DNA of 64,000 nucleotides from Escherichia coli (GTDB lineage Bacteria; Pseudomonadota; Gammaproteobacteria; Enterobacterales; Enterobacteriaceae): NCBI RefSeq assembly GCF_003018115.1, contig NZ_CP027457.1; one strand, 5' to 3'. Shown piece by piece: positions 22,114 to 38,386 of this stretch (position 1 is its first letter; each line of letters starts with the position of its first letter). The notes under the pieces were generated by a model. It saw only the letters and a program-made list of their open reading frames with translations, ran no database searches and was not told where the DNA came from. The position numbers and the translations under genes were made by a program.

Positions 22114-23125
22114 GGCTACGTACTCCTTTAATCAGACTGATAAAGCGTTGCGACTGGACAATCAGCACGCAAAGAACCACCACCGCTTTTACAACCTGGT
22201 TCATCTCTGGCGGAAAGCCCGAAAGCAAAATTCCGGTGTTCATCCCCTGAATAATCAGCGCCCCCACCACCGAAAGCAGTAGGTTAAAACGTCCGCCCAT
22301 CAGCGAACCACCGCCAATCACCACCGCGAGAATGGCGTCCAGCTCCAGCCATAATCCGGCGTTGTTGGCATCGGCACCGCGAATATCCGCCGCCACGATA
22401 ATGCCCGCAATCGCCGCACATAGCCCGCTCAACACGTAGGTGAGCATGACGATGATTCGTGTGTTGACTCCGGCATTTTTTGCCGCCCGAATATTGATAC
22501 CAACGGCTTCGATAAACATCCCCAGCGCCGTTTTGCGGGTCAACAGCCAGAACAGGATAAGCGTCAGCACCGCGATAATGACCGGCGTTGGCAGGAACAA
22601 CAGCGATCCACTGCCGAACCATGAGAGATCCGGCGAGTTAAACGTGACGATCTGCCCGGCGGTGATCAGTTGCGCCACGCCGCGCCCGGCGACCATCAGG
22701 ATCAGAGTGGCGACAAACGGCTGAATTTTGAGGATCGCTACCAGTATGCCGTTCCACAATCCCGCCAGGATGCCGGTGCCCAGGCCGCTTAACAAAACAA
22801 TCGGCAGGCTGAATCCCGCGACCGTCATCGCAGCCGTTGTGGCTCCGGCGATAGCCATCACCGCCCCTACGGAGAGATCAATCCCACCGGTGGCGATCAC
22901 CAGCGTCATGCCAATCGCCAGTAACGCAACGGGAGCTGCACGGTTAAGAATGTCTATGGGGCTACCGAACAAACGCCCATCCTGAAGCACCACCTGCCAG
23001 AAATGCGGGGCTACCAGGCTATCGACCAGCAGCACCAGCAATAGTGCTACCAGCTGCGGCATCCCCGTCGGCCAGCGAAAGCGCCTTTTTGGCGTAGTGG
23101 TGTCCGGAAGAGATTGAGGCATCAC
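22100..23125 (-). CDS. ytfT: galactofuranose ABC transporter permease
   Basis: ORF track 22100..23146; probable GTG start giving about 341 aa; overlaps yjfF by 14 nt. Confidence 0.85.
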   Translation of the reverse strand: MMPQSLPDTTTPKRRFRWPTGMPQLVALLLVLLVDSLVAPHFWQVVLQDGRLFGSPIDILNRAAPVALLAIGMTLVIATGGIDLSVGAVMAIAGATTAAMTVAGFSLPIVLLSGLGTGILAGLWNGILVAILKIQPFVATLILMVAGRGVAQLITAGQIVTFNSPDLSWFGSGSLLFLPTPVIIAVLTLILFWLLTRKTALGMFIEAVGINIRAAKNAGVNTRIIVMLTYVLSGLCAAIAGIIVAADIRGADANNAGLWLELDAILAVVIGGGSLMGGRFNLLLSVVGALIIQGMNTGILLSGFPPEMNQVVKAVVVLCVLIVQSQRFISLIKGVRSRDKT

Positions 23126-23135
23126 ACTGTTCTCC

Positions 23136-24638
23136 TTACGCCGCAATGGCGTTCATGATCGCCGGAACGGAAAGCTCTGCCAGCGGGATCTCCGCCACCT
23201 GTTTGCGATCGCGCATGATAATCACCCGATCGGCATAGCCCACCAGCTCTTCCAGTTCGGAGGAGATCACCAGCAGCGCCAGACCATCGGCGCATAGCGT
23301 TTCAATCAGGCGGATGATCTCGGCGTGGGCACCAACATCAATGCCGCGGGTTGGCTCATCGAGGATCAGAAATTGCGGTCGGGTCAGTAGCCAACGTGAA
23401 AGCAACACTTTTTGCTGATTGCCGCCGGAGAGAAATTCAATCGGTTGTTCAGTTGAAGGTGTGCGAATGCCAAGCTGGCGGATAAAGCGTTCGGCAATCT
23501 CTTGCTGTTCTTTGCGGGAAATGGGACGTAGCCAGCCGCGCTGGGCCTGGAGAGCGAGGATGATATTTTCCCGCACCGAGGCGGCAGCGATGATGCCATC
23601 GGTTTTCCTGTCTTCCGGGCAGAAGCCAATGCCCAGTACCGAAGCCTGATGTGGCGATCGCAGGTTTTGCGGTTTGCCTTTGATCAACGCCGTGCCGCTG
23701 TCAGCAGGTTTGATACCGAAGATCACTTCGGCGGTTTCGGTACGTCCTGATCCCAGCAATCCAGCCAGACCGACGATCTCGCCGGGGCGTACTTCGAGAT
23801 CAAACGGTGCGATCGTTCCTTTTTTGCCGTAATTTTTGAACGCGGCAACGGGTTTGTCGCTCAACAATGTTCGCCCGGCACGCTGTAGCGCGTGGGTATC
23901 CAGCTCGCGCCCCAGCATCATTTTTACCAGTTCGATCTGCGGTAGCTCGCACGTTTCCCGACAGCCTACGAAACTTCCGTTGCGTAAGACGGTGATCCGA
24001 TCGCTGACCTGATAGACCTGATCGAGAAAGTGAGTGACAAAAATCAGGCTGACGCCGCGATCGCGCAACTGACGCATCAGGTCAAACAGTAACTCCACTT
24101 CCTGGGTGTCGAGACTGGCGGTGGGTTCATCGAGGATCAGCACTTTGGCAGAGAGATCGATAGCCCGGCAAATAGCGACGATTTGCTGCATCGCGACTGA
24201 AAAGCGGTTGAGCGGTTCGCGCACGTCGAGGGAGAAACCGTAAGATGCCATCAGTTCGGTGGCGCGCTTTTCCATCTCTTTGCGGCGTAGAAGGCCGAAG
24301 CGTTTGGGTTCGCGGCCTATAAATAGATTATCAGCGACCGACATATTGGGTAGCAGGTTTACTTCCTGATAGACGGTGCCAATGCCGAGTTGTTGCGCGT
24401 GGGCGGTATTTTTCGGTGAGATAGCCTGGCCTTCCAGCCAGATGGTGCCGCGATCGGCGTGGTATACACCAGTTAATACTTTGATTAGCGTTGATTTTCC
24501 CGCCCCGTTTTCACCGAGCAGCGCCATGATTTCGCCACGGCGCAGGCTGAAATCAACGTTGTCTAACGCTTTGACGCCGGGGAAAAATTTACTTAATCCT
24601 TCGGTGCGGAGGATTTCCTGGTGTTGGTCGGTCGTCAT
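23136..24638 (-). CDS. ytfR: galactofuranose ABC transporter ATP-binding protein (duplicated ABC domains)
   Basis: ORF track 23136..24656; true start MTTDQHQEILRTEGL gives 500 aa; two Walker A motifs (GENGAGKST, GLLGSGRTE). Confidence 0.9.
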   Translation of the reverse strand: MTTDQHQEILRTEGLSKFFPGVKALDNVDFSLRRGEIMALLGENGAGKSTLIKVLTGVYHADRGTIWLEGQAISPKNTAHAQQLGIGTVYQEVNLLPNMSVADNLFIGREPKRFGLLRRKEMEKRATELMASYGFSLDVREPLNRFSVAMQQIVAICRAIDLSAKVLILDEPTASLDTQEVELLFDLMRQLRDRGVSLIFVTHFLDQVYQVSDRITVLRNGSFVGCRETCELPQIELVKMMLGRELDTHALQRAGRTLLSDKPVAAFKNYGKKGTIAPFDLEVRPGEIVGLAGLLGSGRTETAEVIFGIKPADSGTALIKGKPQNLRSPHQASVLGIGFCPEDRKTDGIIAAASVRENIILALQAQRGWLRPISRKEQQEIAERFIRQLGIRTPSTEQPIEFLSGGNQQKVLLSRWLLTRPQFLILDEPTRGIDVGAHAEIIRLIETLCADGLALLVISSELEELVGYADRVIIMRDRKQVAEIPLAELSVPAIMNAIAA

Positions 24639-24677
24639 GGTTTCCCCCTTAGCCACGCTCTAAAAGTACTGCACAAC

Positions 24678-24730
24678 TGCCGGATGCGGCGCGAGCGCCT
24701 TATCCGGCCTACGAATCGGCATCAGGCATA
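24678..24730. repeat. REP element
   Basis: GCCGGATGCGGCGCGAGCGCCTTATCCGGCCTACG between ytfR and ytfQ. Confidence 0.65.
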
Positions 24731-24737
24731 GCAACCC

Positions 24738-25703
24738 TCAATACCCCATATTTTTCTTCTTCTCTAACTCTTCTTTTGCGGTATCAGGCAGGTAAAGGGT
24801 GGATTTGGTTAACGTCAGCTTTTCAGGCATGGTGCCGTCTTTTTTGTATTTCTCCAGCGCGTCAAAAGCGGGTCCCGCCATGTTCGGCGTCAGTTCAACA
24901 CTGGCGTTCGCTTCGCCATCCATCATCGCTTTGTAGATGTCCGGTACACCGTCAATGGAACCCGTGAGGATATCTTTGCCCGGTTTCAGGCCCGCTTCTT
25001 TAATTGCCTGAATTGCACCAATCACCATGTCGTCGTTATGGGCGTAAACCATGCAGATGTTTTTGCCGTTGTTTTCCGCTTTGATAAAGCTCTCCATGAC
25101 TTCTTTGCCTTTACTGCGGGTGAAGTCACCTGACTGCGAGCGGATGATTTTGATATTTGGCGCACTCTTAATGGCTTCGGCAAAGCCTTTCTTACGGTCA
25201 ATGGCGACGCTGGCCCCAACGGTGCCCTGCAGCTCCACCACGTTGCATGGTTTGCCATTCACTTCTTTTACCAGCCAGTCACCGATCAACTTACCTTCGA
25301 GGATGTTGTCGGCAGTAACGGTGGTCATATAGAGAGATTTGTCTTTCACATCGATGGAACGGTCGAGCAAGAAGACCGGGATTTCGGCATCTTTCGCCTC
25401 TTTTAATACCGGTTCCCAACCTGTCGCGACCACCGGAGCGATAAAGATCGCATCCACCCCTTGTGCAACGAAGGAACGTACCGCTTTAATCTGGTTTTCC
25501 TGCTTTTGCTGACCATCGGCAATTTTCAGCGTAATTCCGCGTTTTTCGGCCTCACTTTTCGCCACATTGGTTTCTGCGGCGCGCCAGCCGGATTCCGATC
25601 CGACCTGCGAAAATCCTACGGTTAATGGAGCGGCCAACGCCATAGACGACATGGCTGCCGAGACTGCAGAGACTGCAGAGACTACAAGTAAGCGTTTCCA
25701 CAT
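24738..25703 (-). CDS. ytfQ: galactofuranose ABC transporter periplasmic binding protein
   Basis: 321-aa ORF with signal peptide; contains a 9-bp tandem repeat in the signal-peptide coding region. Confidence 0.9.
   Translation of the reverse strand: MWKRLLVVSAVSAVSAAMSSMALAAPLTVGFSQVGSESGWRAAETNVAKSEAEKRGITLKIADGQQKQENQIKAVRSFVAQGVDAIFIAPVVATGWEPVLKEAKDAEIPVFLLDRSIDVKDKSLYMTTVTADNILEGKLIGDWLVKEVNGKPCNVVELQGTVGASVAIDRKKGFAEAIKSAPNIKIIRSQSGDFTRSKGKEVMESFIKAENNGKNICMVYAHNDDMVIGAIQAIKEAGLKPGKDILTGSIDGVPDIYKAMMDGEANASVELTPNMAGPAFDALEKYKKDGTMPEKLTLTKSTLYLPDTAKEELEKKKNMGY
25660..25686. repeat. 9-bp tandem repeat (GAGACTGCA x2 plus GAGACTACA) inside ytfQ
   Basis: Three head-to-tail copies seen directly; encodes the reiterated SAV tripeptide in the YtfQ signal peptide. 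Confidence 0.8.
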
Positions 25704-26012
25704 AGGGTTGTCCTCGTCGGGGTAATTATTATTGGTGAAAAGATGTTCGCGAAAAAACTATAGACAATTCGTTATGTAACGGATTGCGTTACATCACACT
25801 TCAAAAAAGTAAATAAAACGTTAATCACAAGTTTGTAATCGCTTTCATCTCACTATGAAAAATGCGGCTACGGTTATGGATTTTCCTGCTCTGTATACCG
25901 TCTTAAAACTGGTGAAAAAGGAAAATGAAGACGAAAACAAGCGAAGACATTCGGCGCGAGTTGGCTATAATACTCGGCACTTGTTTGCCACATATTTTTA
26001 AAGGAAACAGAC

Positions 26013-26543
26013 ATGAGCTTACTCAACGTCCCTGCGGGTAAAGATCTGCCGGAAGACATCTACGTTGTTATTGAGATCCCGGCTAACGCAGATCCGATCA
26101 AATACGAAATCGACAAAGAGAGCGGCGCACTGTTCGTTGACCGCTTCATGTCCACCGCGATGTTCTATCCATGCAACTACGGTTACATCAACCACACCCT
26201 GTCTCTGGACGGTGACCCGGTTGACGTACTGGTCCCGACTCCGTACCCGCTGCAGCCGGGTTCTGTGATCCGTTGCCGTCCGGTTGGCGTTCTGAAAATG
26301 ACCGACGAAGCCGGTGAAGATGCGAAACTGGTTGCGGTTCCGCACAGCAAGCTGAGCAAAGAATACGATCACATTAAAGACGTAAACGATCTGCCTGAAC
26401 TGCTGAAAGCGCAAATCGCTCACTTCTTCGAGCACTACAAAGACCTCGAAAAAGGCAAGTGGGTGAAAGTTGAAGGTTGGGAAAACGCAGAAGCCGCTAA
26501 AGCTGAAATCGTTGCTTCCTTCGAGCGCGCAAAGAATAAATAA
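26013..26543 (+). CDS. ppa: inorganic pyrophosphatase
   Basis: 176-aa ORF, recognised sequence. Confidence 0.95.
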   Translation: MSLLNVPAGKDLPEDIYVVIEIPANADPIKYEIDKESGALFVDRFMSTAMFYPCNYGYINHTLSLDGDPVDVLVPTPYPLQPGSVIRCRPVGVLKMTDEAGEDAKLVAVPHSKLSKEYDHIKDVNDLPELLKAQIAHFFEHYKDLEKGKWVKVEGWENAEAAKAEIVASFERAKNK

Positions 26544-26884
26544 GTTCTTCTAGCGCAATAACCCTGAACGCCGGGCTTCGGTTAGTAAGGGTTTTTTTAT
26601 GCCCGCGATAAATAAACTCTCTATTCCACCATCATTATTCTCAGCGGTTGCAAGGCTTGAACGGTAAGAACAAGCAAACCCGACCACCATTTTGCTGTTC
26701 ATAGCCACTTGCTGGAAGTTAGCCGACCTCACTCATACTCACCGTTCAAAGCGTGCCCCCGTTTTACCCCTGCACATTTGTGAACGCCAGCAGAGTTTTT
26801 TATGCGATTGCAGATATGGAAAGCGGCTCGGAGAGAAAAGCAAAAGATGGAAAAGTTACAAAAAAAAATCGCGAGATACATCGC

Positions 26885-26919
26885 ATAAAACAACGCCACC
26901 CGAAGGTGGCGTGCTTTTA
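26885..26919. terminator. bidirectional terminator downstream of ytfP
   Basis: Hairpin CGCCACCCGAAGGTGGCG flanked by an A-tract on one side and a T-tract on the other. Confidence 0.6.
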
Positions 26920-26922
26920 TTA

Positions 26923-27264
26923 TTACTTATCCCTGTCTAACCAGTCGCCGCTTTCAATTAGCTTTAATCCATCGACGGGTCGTTGATAAACGTACATCCA
27001 TGCACTCCCGTACGGCGTCTGAATCAACTGGCGCGCGTATTCACCGCCCCTGGTGCGCAAGGCATCAAGTTCGGCCAGCGTGGCGTTGTCAATACGATAA
27101 ACTTCACCGTGTACTGTTCCGTTCCCCGGAACTGCGCCTGGATAGTGGCCCAGGCTATACAACTGGTAGTTATCGATACTGAAATCGCCCAGTAACTGGG
27201 CATTGGTCATCCAGTGACTGTTGCCTTGTTTGTGGCGTAAACTGCCGTAGACAAATATTCGCAT
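26923..27264 (-). CDS. ytfP: gamma-glutamylcyclotransferase-family protein YtfP
   Basis: 113-aa ORF MRIFVYGSLRHKQGNSHWM... (GGCT-like YGSL motif). Confidence 0.85.
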   Translation of the reverse strand: MRIFVYGSLRHKQGNSHWMTNAQLLGDFSIDNYQLYSLGHYPGAVPGNGTVHGEVYRIDNATLAELDALRTRGGEYARQLIQTPYGSAWMYVYQRPVDGLKLIESGDWLDRDK

Positions 27265-27266
27265 TG

Positions 27267-32818
<5,552 letters not shown>

Positions 32819-32981
32819 TTAAACGGCTTAACAAAAATCCAGTAATATGGATTAAAAAGCAGACTAAACCCCAAATATTTCTTATGTTTTACTTTAGACC
32901 TATTCACGGCGGTTATTGTGTGCAAATACGCCTCTTGTTACAACCTTAACCCCAATGACCGATTTTCGGGAGAGCGACACC

Positions 32982-33620
32982 ATGAGTTTATTTGATAAAA
33001 AGCATCTGGTTTCCCCCGCCGATGCCCTGCCTGGACGTAACACCCCGATGCCCGTAGCCACGCTGCATGCGGTCAACGGTCACTCAATGACCAATGTACC
33101 TGACGGAATGGAGATTGCCATTTTTGCGATGGGTTGTTTCTGGGGTGTGGAGCGTCTGTTCTGGCAGTTACCCGGCGTTTACAGCACCGCCGCAGGCTAT
33201 ACCGGCGGCTATACGCCAAATCCGACTTATCGGGAAGTGTGCTCCGGTGATACGGGTCATGCCGAAGCGGTACGCATTGTTTACGATCCTTCCGTCATCA
33301 GCTATGAGCAGTTGCTACAGGTATTTTGGGAGAATCACGATCCCGCCCAGGGAATGCGTCAGGGCAATGACCACGGCACGCAGTATCGTTCAGCGATTTA
33401 TCCGCTGACCCCAGAACAGGATGCCGCAGCTCGCGCCAGTCTGGAACGTTTTCAGGCGGCGATGCTTGCCGCCGATGACGATCGTCACATCACCACGGAA
33501 ATCGCTAACGCCACACCGTTTTATTATGCCGAAGATGACCACCAGCAATATCTGCATAAAAACCCGTATGGTTACTGTGGAATTGGCGGAATTGGCGTCT
33601 GTCTGCCACCGGAAGCATAG
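32982..33620 (+). CDS. msrA: peptide methionine sulfoxide reductase A
   Basis: ORF track 32916..33620; true start [11 protein letters not shown] gives 212 aa; GCFWG active-site motif present. Confidence 0.9.
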
Positions 33621-33665
33621 CGTTACGGGTACAAATGTAGATTGTTGATAAAGTGCTCTTTGTCT

Positions 33666-33766
33666 ATGCCTGATGCGGCGTAAACGACTTACCAGGCCTA
33701 CAAAATCGTCCAAATTCAATATATTGCAAGGACTGCGTAGGCCTGATCGGCATAGCGTATCAGGCA
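33666..33766. repeat. REP/BIME cluster
   Basis: GCCTGATGCGGCGTAAACG...CAGGCCTAC and GTAGGCCTGATCGGCATAGCGTATCAGGC units downstream of msrA. Confidence 0.7.
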
Positions 33767-33942
33767 GTTTTGCATTTTTCAGCTGTCTGAATTTTAACCC
33801 TCTGGCGGCTTTACAGTACCTTACGCTATACTAGCCACTGAAAATGCCGGTTCACTTTCTTCGAATCGGCTTTCAATGTGTATTTCACACAAATTAATCA
33901 ACTTCCCCTTCCGAGGATCTGGCCTGAAAGGTCGGATAAGAT

Positions 33943-35286
33943 ATGTTAAACAGTATTTTAGTCATACTCTGCTTGATCGCTGTAAGTGCGTTCTTCTCGA
34001 TGTCCGAGATCTCGCTTGCCGCCTCACGCAAAATCAAACTTAAACTGCTGGCTGATGAAGGCAATATAAATGCCCAACGCGTTCTGAATATGCAGGAAAA
34101 TCCCGGCATGTTCTTTACCGTGGTCCAAATCGGTCTGAACGCAGTGGCGATTCTCGGCGGTATCGTCGGTGATGCGGCATTTTCTCCAGCTTTTCACAGC
34201 CTGTTCTCCCGCTATATGTCGGCAGAGCTCTCTGAGCAACTGAGCTTTATTCTCTCTTTCTCGTTAGTGACTGGCATGTTTATCCTGTTTGCGGATTTAA
34301 CCCCGAAACGCATCGGTATGATTGCGCCAGAAGCTGTGGCTTTGCGTATCATCAACCCGATGCGCTTCTGCCTGTACGTTTGCACCCCGCTGGTGTGGTT
34401 CTTCAACGGCCTGGCGAACATAATCTTCCGTATTTTCAAACTGCCAATGGTACGTAAAGATGACATCACTTCTGATGACATCTACGCGGTAGTGGAAGCC
34501 GGTGCGCTGGCGGGCGTGTTACGTAAACAGGAACACGAGCTGATTGAAAACGTCTTTGAACTGGAATCCCGTACCGTTCCGTCGTCAATGACACCGCGTG
34601 AAAACGTGATTTGGTTTGATCTCCACGAAGATGAGCAAAGTCTGAAGAATAAGGTGGCGGAACATCCGCACTCTAAGTTCCTCGTCTGTAATGAAGATAT
34701 TGACCACATCATCGGCTATGTCGATTCTAAAGACCTGCTGAACCGCGTGCTGGCTAACCAAAGCCTGGCACTGAACAGCGGCGTACAAATTCGCAACACG
34801 CTGATTGTGCCGGATACGTTAACCCTTTCAGAGGCGTTGGAAAGTTTTAAAACCGCAGGTGAAGACTTCGCGGTGATCATGAACGAGTACGCGCTGGTAG
34901 TGGGGATCATCACCCTCAACGACGTGATGACCACGCTGATGGGCGATCTGGTCGGCCAGGGGCTGGAAGAGCAGATTGTCGCCCGTGATGAGAACTCATG
35001 GCTGATTGACGGCGGCACTCCGATTGACGACGTCATGCGCGTGCTGGATATTGACGAATTCCCGCAGTCGGGCAACTACGAAACCATCGGCGGCTTTATG
35101 ATGTTTATGCTGCGTAAGATCCCGAAACGCACCGATTCGGTGAAATTCGCCGGCTACAAATTTGAAGTGGTGGATATCGATAACTACCGCATCGACCAGC
35201 TGCTGGTGACCCGGATCGACAGCAAGGCCACCGCCCTTTCGCCAAAACTGCCTGACGCTAAAGATAAAGAAGAAAGCGTCGCGTAA
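33943..35286 (+). CDS. ytfL: CNNM/TlyC-family membrane protein with CBS and CorC domains (PaeA/YtfL)
   Basis: 447-aa ORF, recognised sequence. Confidence 0.9.
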   Translation: MLNSILVILCLIAVSAFFSMSEISLAASRKIKLKLLADEGNINAQRVLNMQENPGMFFTVVQIGLNAVAILGGIVGDAAFSPAFHSLFSRYMSAELSEQLSFILSFSLVTGMFILFADLTPKRIGMIAPEAVALRIINPMRFCLYVCTPLVWFFNGLANIIFRIFKLPMVRKDDITSDDIYAVVEAGALAGVLRKQEHELIENVFELESRTVPSSMTPRENVIWFDLHEDEQSLKNKVAEHPHSKFLVCNEDIDHIIGYVDSKDLLNRVLANQSLALNSGVQIRNTLIVPDTLTLSEALESFKTAGEDFAVIMNEYALVVGIITLNDVMTTLMGDLVGQGLEEQIVARDENSWLIDGGTPIDDVMRVLDIDEFPQSGNYETIGGFMMFMLRKIPKRTDSVKFAGYKFEVVDIDNYRIDQLLVTRIDSKATALSPKLPDAKDKEESVA

Positions 35287-35301
35287 CCCCCAGAAACATC
35301 A

Positions 35302-35324
35302 ACGGCTCCTGAATCAGGAGCCGT
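35302..35324. terminator. hairpin between convergent ytfL and ytfK
   Basis: ACGGCTCCTGAATCAGGAGCCGT perfect stem-loop followed by CTTATT. Confidence 0.5.
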
Positions 35325-35347
35325 CTTATTACTGCATAGCACTTTGG

Positions 35348-35554
35348 TTAAGCCATCTCTGTTTGCAGACGCATAACCTGACGGTTAACTTCGGACATCA
35401 CTGACAAATGCAGCTTATCCTTCACTTTTGGGATAAGAATCTTACCCTTATCAAATTCAAAAGCGCCAACGTCCTTGATGTATAACCGTCCACGGAACAG
35501 GATCTTTACGTACTTCGCCACCTGAAGTGGGTTGTACCGTTGGAAAATTTTCAT
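35348..35554 (-). CDS. ytfK: small DUF1107 protein YtfK
   Basis: ORF track 35348..35620; true start [12 protein letters not shown] gives 68 aa. Confidence 0.8.
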
Positions 35555-35878
35555 TGTTATCTCCTGCTGAGTATTACGCCTGTGCGGTGCCACAATCGGC
35601 CCAACTATTATGAGGCGCAAATTTTAATGCTTAGTGACTATAGACTATCCGGGCAATGTTTCCACCGCGTATAACTTTTTTTACCTAAAGGTTACAATTA
35701 TTCAGAATTATCTTTTTACCGAAGCGCGGTCTTCAGTATAAGCATTCATTTTTCATATGATTTGTGCGCTTGACCGCAAACTGGCATCACACTTGCGGGA
35801 AATTCGATAAATAGCACATATGATTAAAACTCAGACCCAAGTGGTCGGATCACCTGCATATCATAAGAAGGAAACACC

Positions 35879-36433
35879 ATGACCCTACGCAAGATTCTGG
35901 CACTCACCTGCCTGCTGTTGCCGATGATGGCTTCCGCACATCAGTTCGAAACCGGTCAGCGAGTGCCGCCGATTGGCATTACCGATCGGGGCGAGTTGGT
36001 GCTTGATAAAGATCAGTTTAGCTACAAAACCTGGAACAGCGCGCAGTTAGTGGGAAAAGTGCGAGTACTGCAACATATTGCTGGTCGCACCTCTGCAAAA
36101 GAGAAAAACGCGACGCTGATTGAAGCGATTAAATCAGCGAAGTTACCGCACGATCGTTACCAGACCACCACCATTGTTAACACCGACGACGCAATTCCGG
36201 GTTCCGGCATGTTTGTGCGCAGCAGTCTGGAGAGTAATAAAAAGCTTTATCCCTGGTCGCAGTTTATTGTCGATAGCAATGGCGTCGCGCGCGGTGCCTG
36301 GCAGCTGGATGAAGAAAGTTCCGCTGTAGTGGTGCTGGATAAAGACGGTCGCGTGCAATGGGCCAAAGACGGGGCGCTCACACAGGAAGAGGTGCAGCAA
36401 GTGATGGACCTGCTGCAAAAGTTGCTCAAATAA
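35879..36433 (+). CDS. ytfJ: periplasmic protein YtfJ
   Basis: 184-aa ORF with signal peptide (…MMASA/HQFETG). Confidence 0.85.
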   Translation: MTLRKILALTCLLLPMMASAHQFETGQRVPPIGITDRGELVLDKDQFSYKTWNSAQLVGKVRVLQHIAGRTSAKEKNATLIEAIKSAKLPHDRYQTTTIVNTDDAIPGSGMFVRSSLESNKKLYPWSQFIVDSNGVARGAWQLDEESSAVVVLDKDGRVQWAKDGALTQEEVQQVMDLLQKLLK

Positions 36434-36522
36434 TGGCAATAACATAAATTCTGCAAAAATAATTTTCCCCTATCGTTATCTATGGGATAGGGGAATTAAG
36501 TCTCTGAGTTCTTACGCCGAAC

Positions 36523-37434
36523 TCATACTGGTAACGCTAGTTGCTCTTTTTTAAACGCCTCAATGGTCGATTTATATTTCTCGCAAATCTTTTCTTTGGT
36601 AATATCACTATCTGCGGCCAGATTCGCACTTACTATCGCATCCACTTGTTCGGCTAATTCGACTTGTTGGCAACCTGCATTAACCAGAAAATTATAAATA
36701 AGAGAGTAATCTTCATCCTCCAAAACAACAGAGGAACCATTACGAAAACTTTCATCCCCTCCATAGATTTTAAGCGCAAAGCCCAAAGATTCTATGACTA
36801 TGGCAAAATTATCATCAATTATTTTTTCGTAAATATACCATCCATCGCATTCTTTAATTCCACCTCCTGGTATTTGGAGTTCAAATTTACCCCGTTTTAA
36901 TTTGCTTACTATATCCTCCAATAAGGCATAACCTAAACACACGTCACCAATCGCCTGGTGAATATAACCTTTAATCCTTTTCGGTATGTCAGACTGTTTT
37001 TTCTGTAGAATATCCCAGGCATACAATCGTCTGTTTTGTTCTAACGGAAATTCACGGTTTTTGAAATCCATGAATGAGTTATATTCATTTATTGTTATGG
37101 GTATTTCTTCGTATTCAAATCCACTACCTCGCAATGTCATTGTATATTCGGCACCGTTATCTTTAAGACTGAAACTGATAAGAAACTTATCCATGGCGTT
37201 AACAGTTTCATTTTTTGATGAAAGCACCTGATAACTACTTTTATCAATCTGAGTTGCGCAACGAAAGAACTCCCGCAAAGTTAACAGGCTATCATAATTC
37301 GAAATCCAATCTTTTTTCTTAAATGCATGATGGATGTTGTTAAAAAGATTGTTTGAATGTGTTTTTGTATACGAAGACTTTACAAATAACTCCACCGCAC
37401 CAATAAAATTATTGTGTCTGATCCTGGGTAACAT
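36523..37434 (-). CDS. ytfI: uncharacterised protein YtfI (AT-rich gene)
   Basis: 303-aa ORF with a markedly AT-rich coding sequence; no recognisable domain; name from synteny. Confidence 0.65.
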   Translation of the reverse strand: MLPRIRHNNFIGAVELFVKSSYTKTHSNNLFNNIHHAFKKKDWISNYDSLLTLREFFRCATQIDKSSYQVLSSKNETVNAMDKFLISFSLKDNGAEYTMTLRGSGFEYEEIPITINEYNSFMDFKNREFPLEQNRRLYAWDILQKKQSDIPKRIKGYIHQAIGDVCLGYALLEDIVSKLKRGKFELQIPGGGIKECDGWYIYEKIIDDNFAIVIESLGFALKIYGGDESFRNGSSVVLEDEDYSLIYNFLVNAGCQQVELAEQVDAIVSANLAADSDITKEKICEKYKSTIEAFKKEQLALPV

Positions 37435-37645
37435 ATGGCTACCTTATTTTATTTGGTTATTTTATGTCGCCATTAAATATCTCATTATAGAAGTAAACTA
37501 TCAAAAAACGCTCATTATTAAAATGTAACTTATTAGCAATTGAATTTTTGCACTTTAAATACAATCTCTTTTTATTTATAACTTTTTAGGTTGGAAGAAA
37601 TCAGGATGGCAGAATCAGGAAATACACTGTTTCTGCCATCTGAAT

Positions 37646-38386
37646 TTAGTAAATAGACACTCTGAACCCCGGATTCAGGAACGACTCGCGCGGAGTGTAA
37701 TCCAGCGGTTTACCCTGCCAGTCGTGAACGTGCGCTCCGGCAGCTGCAGCCACAGCATGTCCAGCGGCGGTGTCCCAAATATTCGTTGGTCCGAAGCGCG
37801 GGTACAGCTGCGCCTGTCCTTCCGCCACCAGGCAGAATTTCAGCGAAGAGCCGATGGACGTGGTCTGATGTTCGCCAAGCTGTTGCAGATACTCTTTCAG
37901 CTCCGCATCCGCATGGGAACGGCTGATCACCACCAGCGGCGGGCGCGCATCGCGGACCTGAATCTGCTTGCGCACACCGCACTCTTCTTTCCACGCTTTG
38001 CCTTCTGCCGCGCTGTACATTACGTTCATTACCGGCGCATACACCACGCCTAAAATCGGTTTGCCATGGTCAATGAGCGCAATGTTAACGGTGAATTCGC
38101 CATTACGTTTAATAAACTCTTTAGTACCATCCAGTGGGTCTACCAGCCAGTAACGCTGCCAGTGCTGACGGACTTCCCAACCGGGAGGATCTTCTTCAGA
38201 AAGGACCGGAATATCCGGTGTCAGCGTACGTAAACCGTCCATGATAACGGTGTGTGCGGCAATATCCGCTGCCGTTACCGGGGAATTGTCCGCTTTGCTG
38301 ACGACGTCCATCGGTTTCGTCCCGTCGTAGACCTGCATAATGGCATCGCCTGCATTCCGTGCAAGCTGGCATACTTGATCTAACAT
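37646..38386 (-). CDS. cysQ: 3'(2'),5'-bisphosphate nucleotidase
   Basis: 246-aa ORF with inositol-monophosphatase-family motifs ([12 protein letters not shown]). Confidence 0.9.
   Translation of the reverse strand: MLDQVCQLARNAGDAIMQVYDGTKPMDVVSKADNSPVTAADIAAHTVIMDGLRTLTPDIPVLSEEDPPGWEVRQHWQRYWLVDPLDGTKEFIKRNGEFTVNIALIDHGKPILGVVYAPVMNVMYSAAEGKAWKEECGVRKQIQVRDARPPLVVISRSHADAELKEYLQQLGEHQTTSIGSSLKFCLVAEGQAQLYPRFGPTNIWDTAAGHAVAAAAGAHVHDWQGKPLDYTPRESFLNPGFRVSIY

Noticed and set aside
26600-26680. Short ORF MPAINKLSIPPSLFSAVARLER (22 aa) in the ppa-ytfP spacer
   Set aside because: No RBS and no recognisable feature; probably a chance ORF in the empty chpSB site
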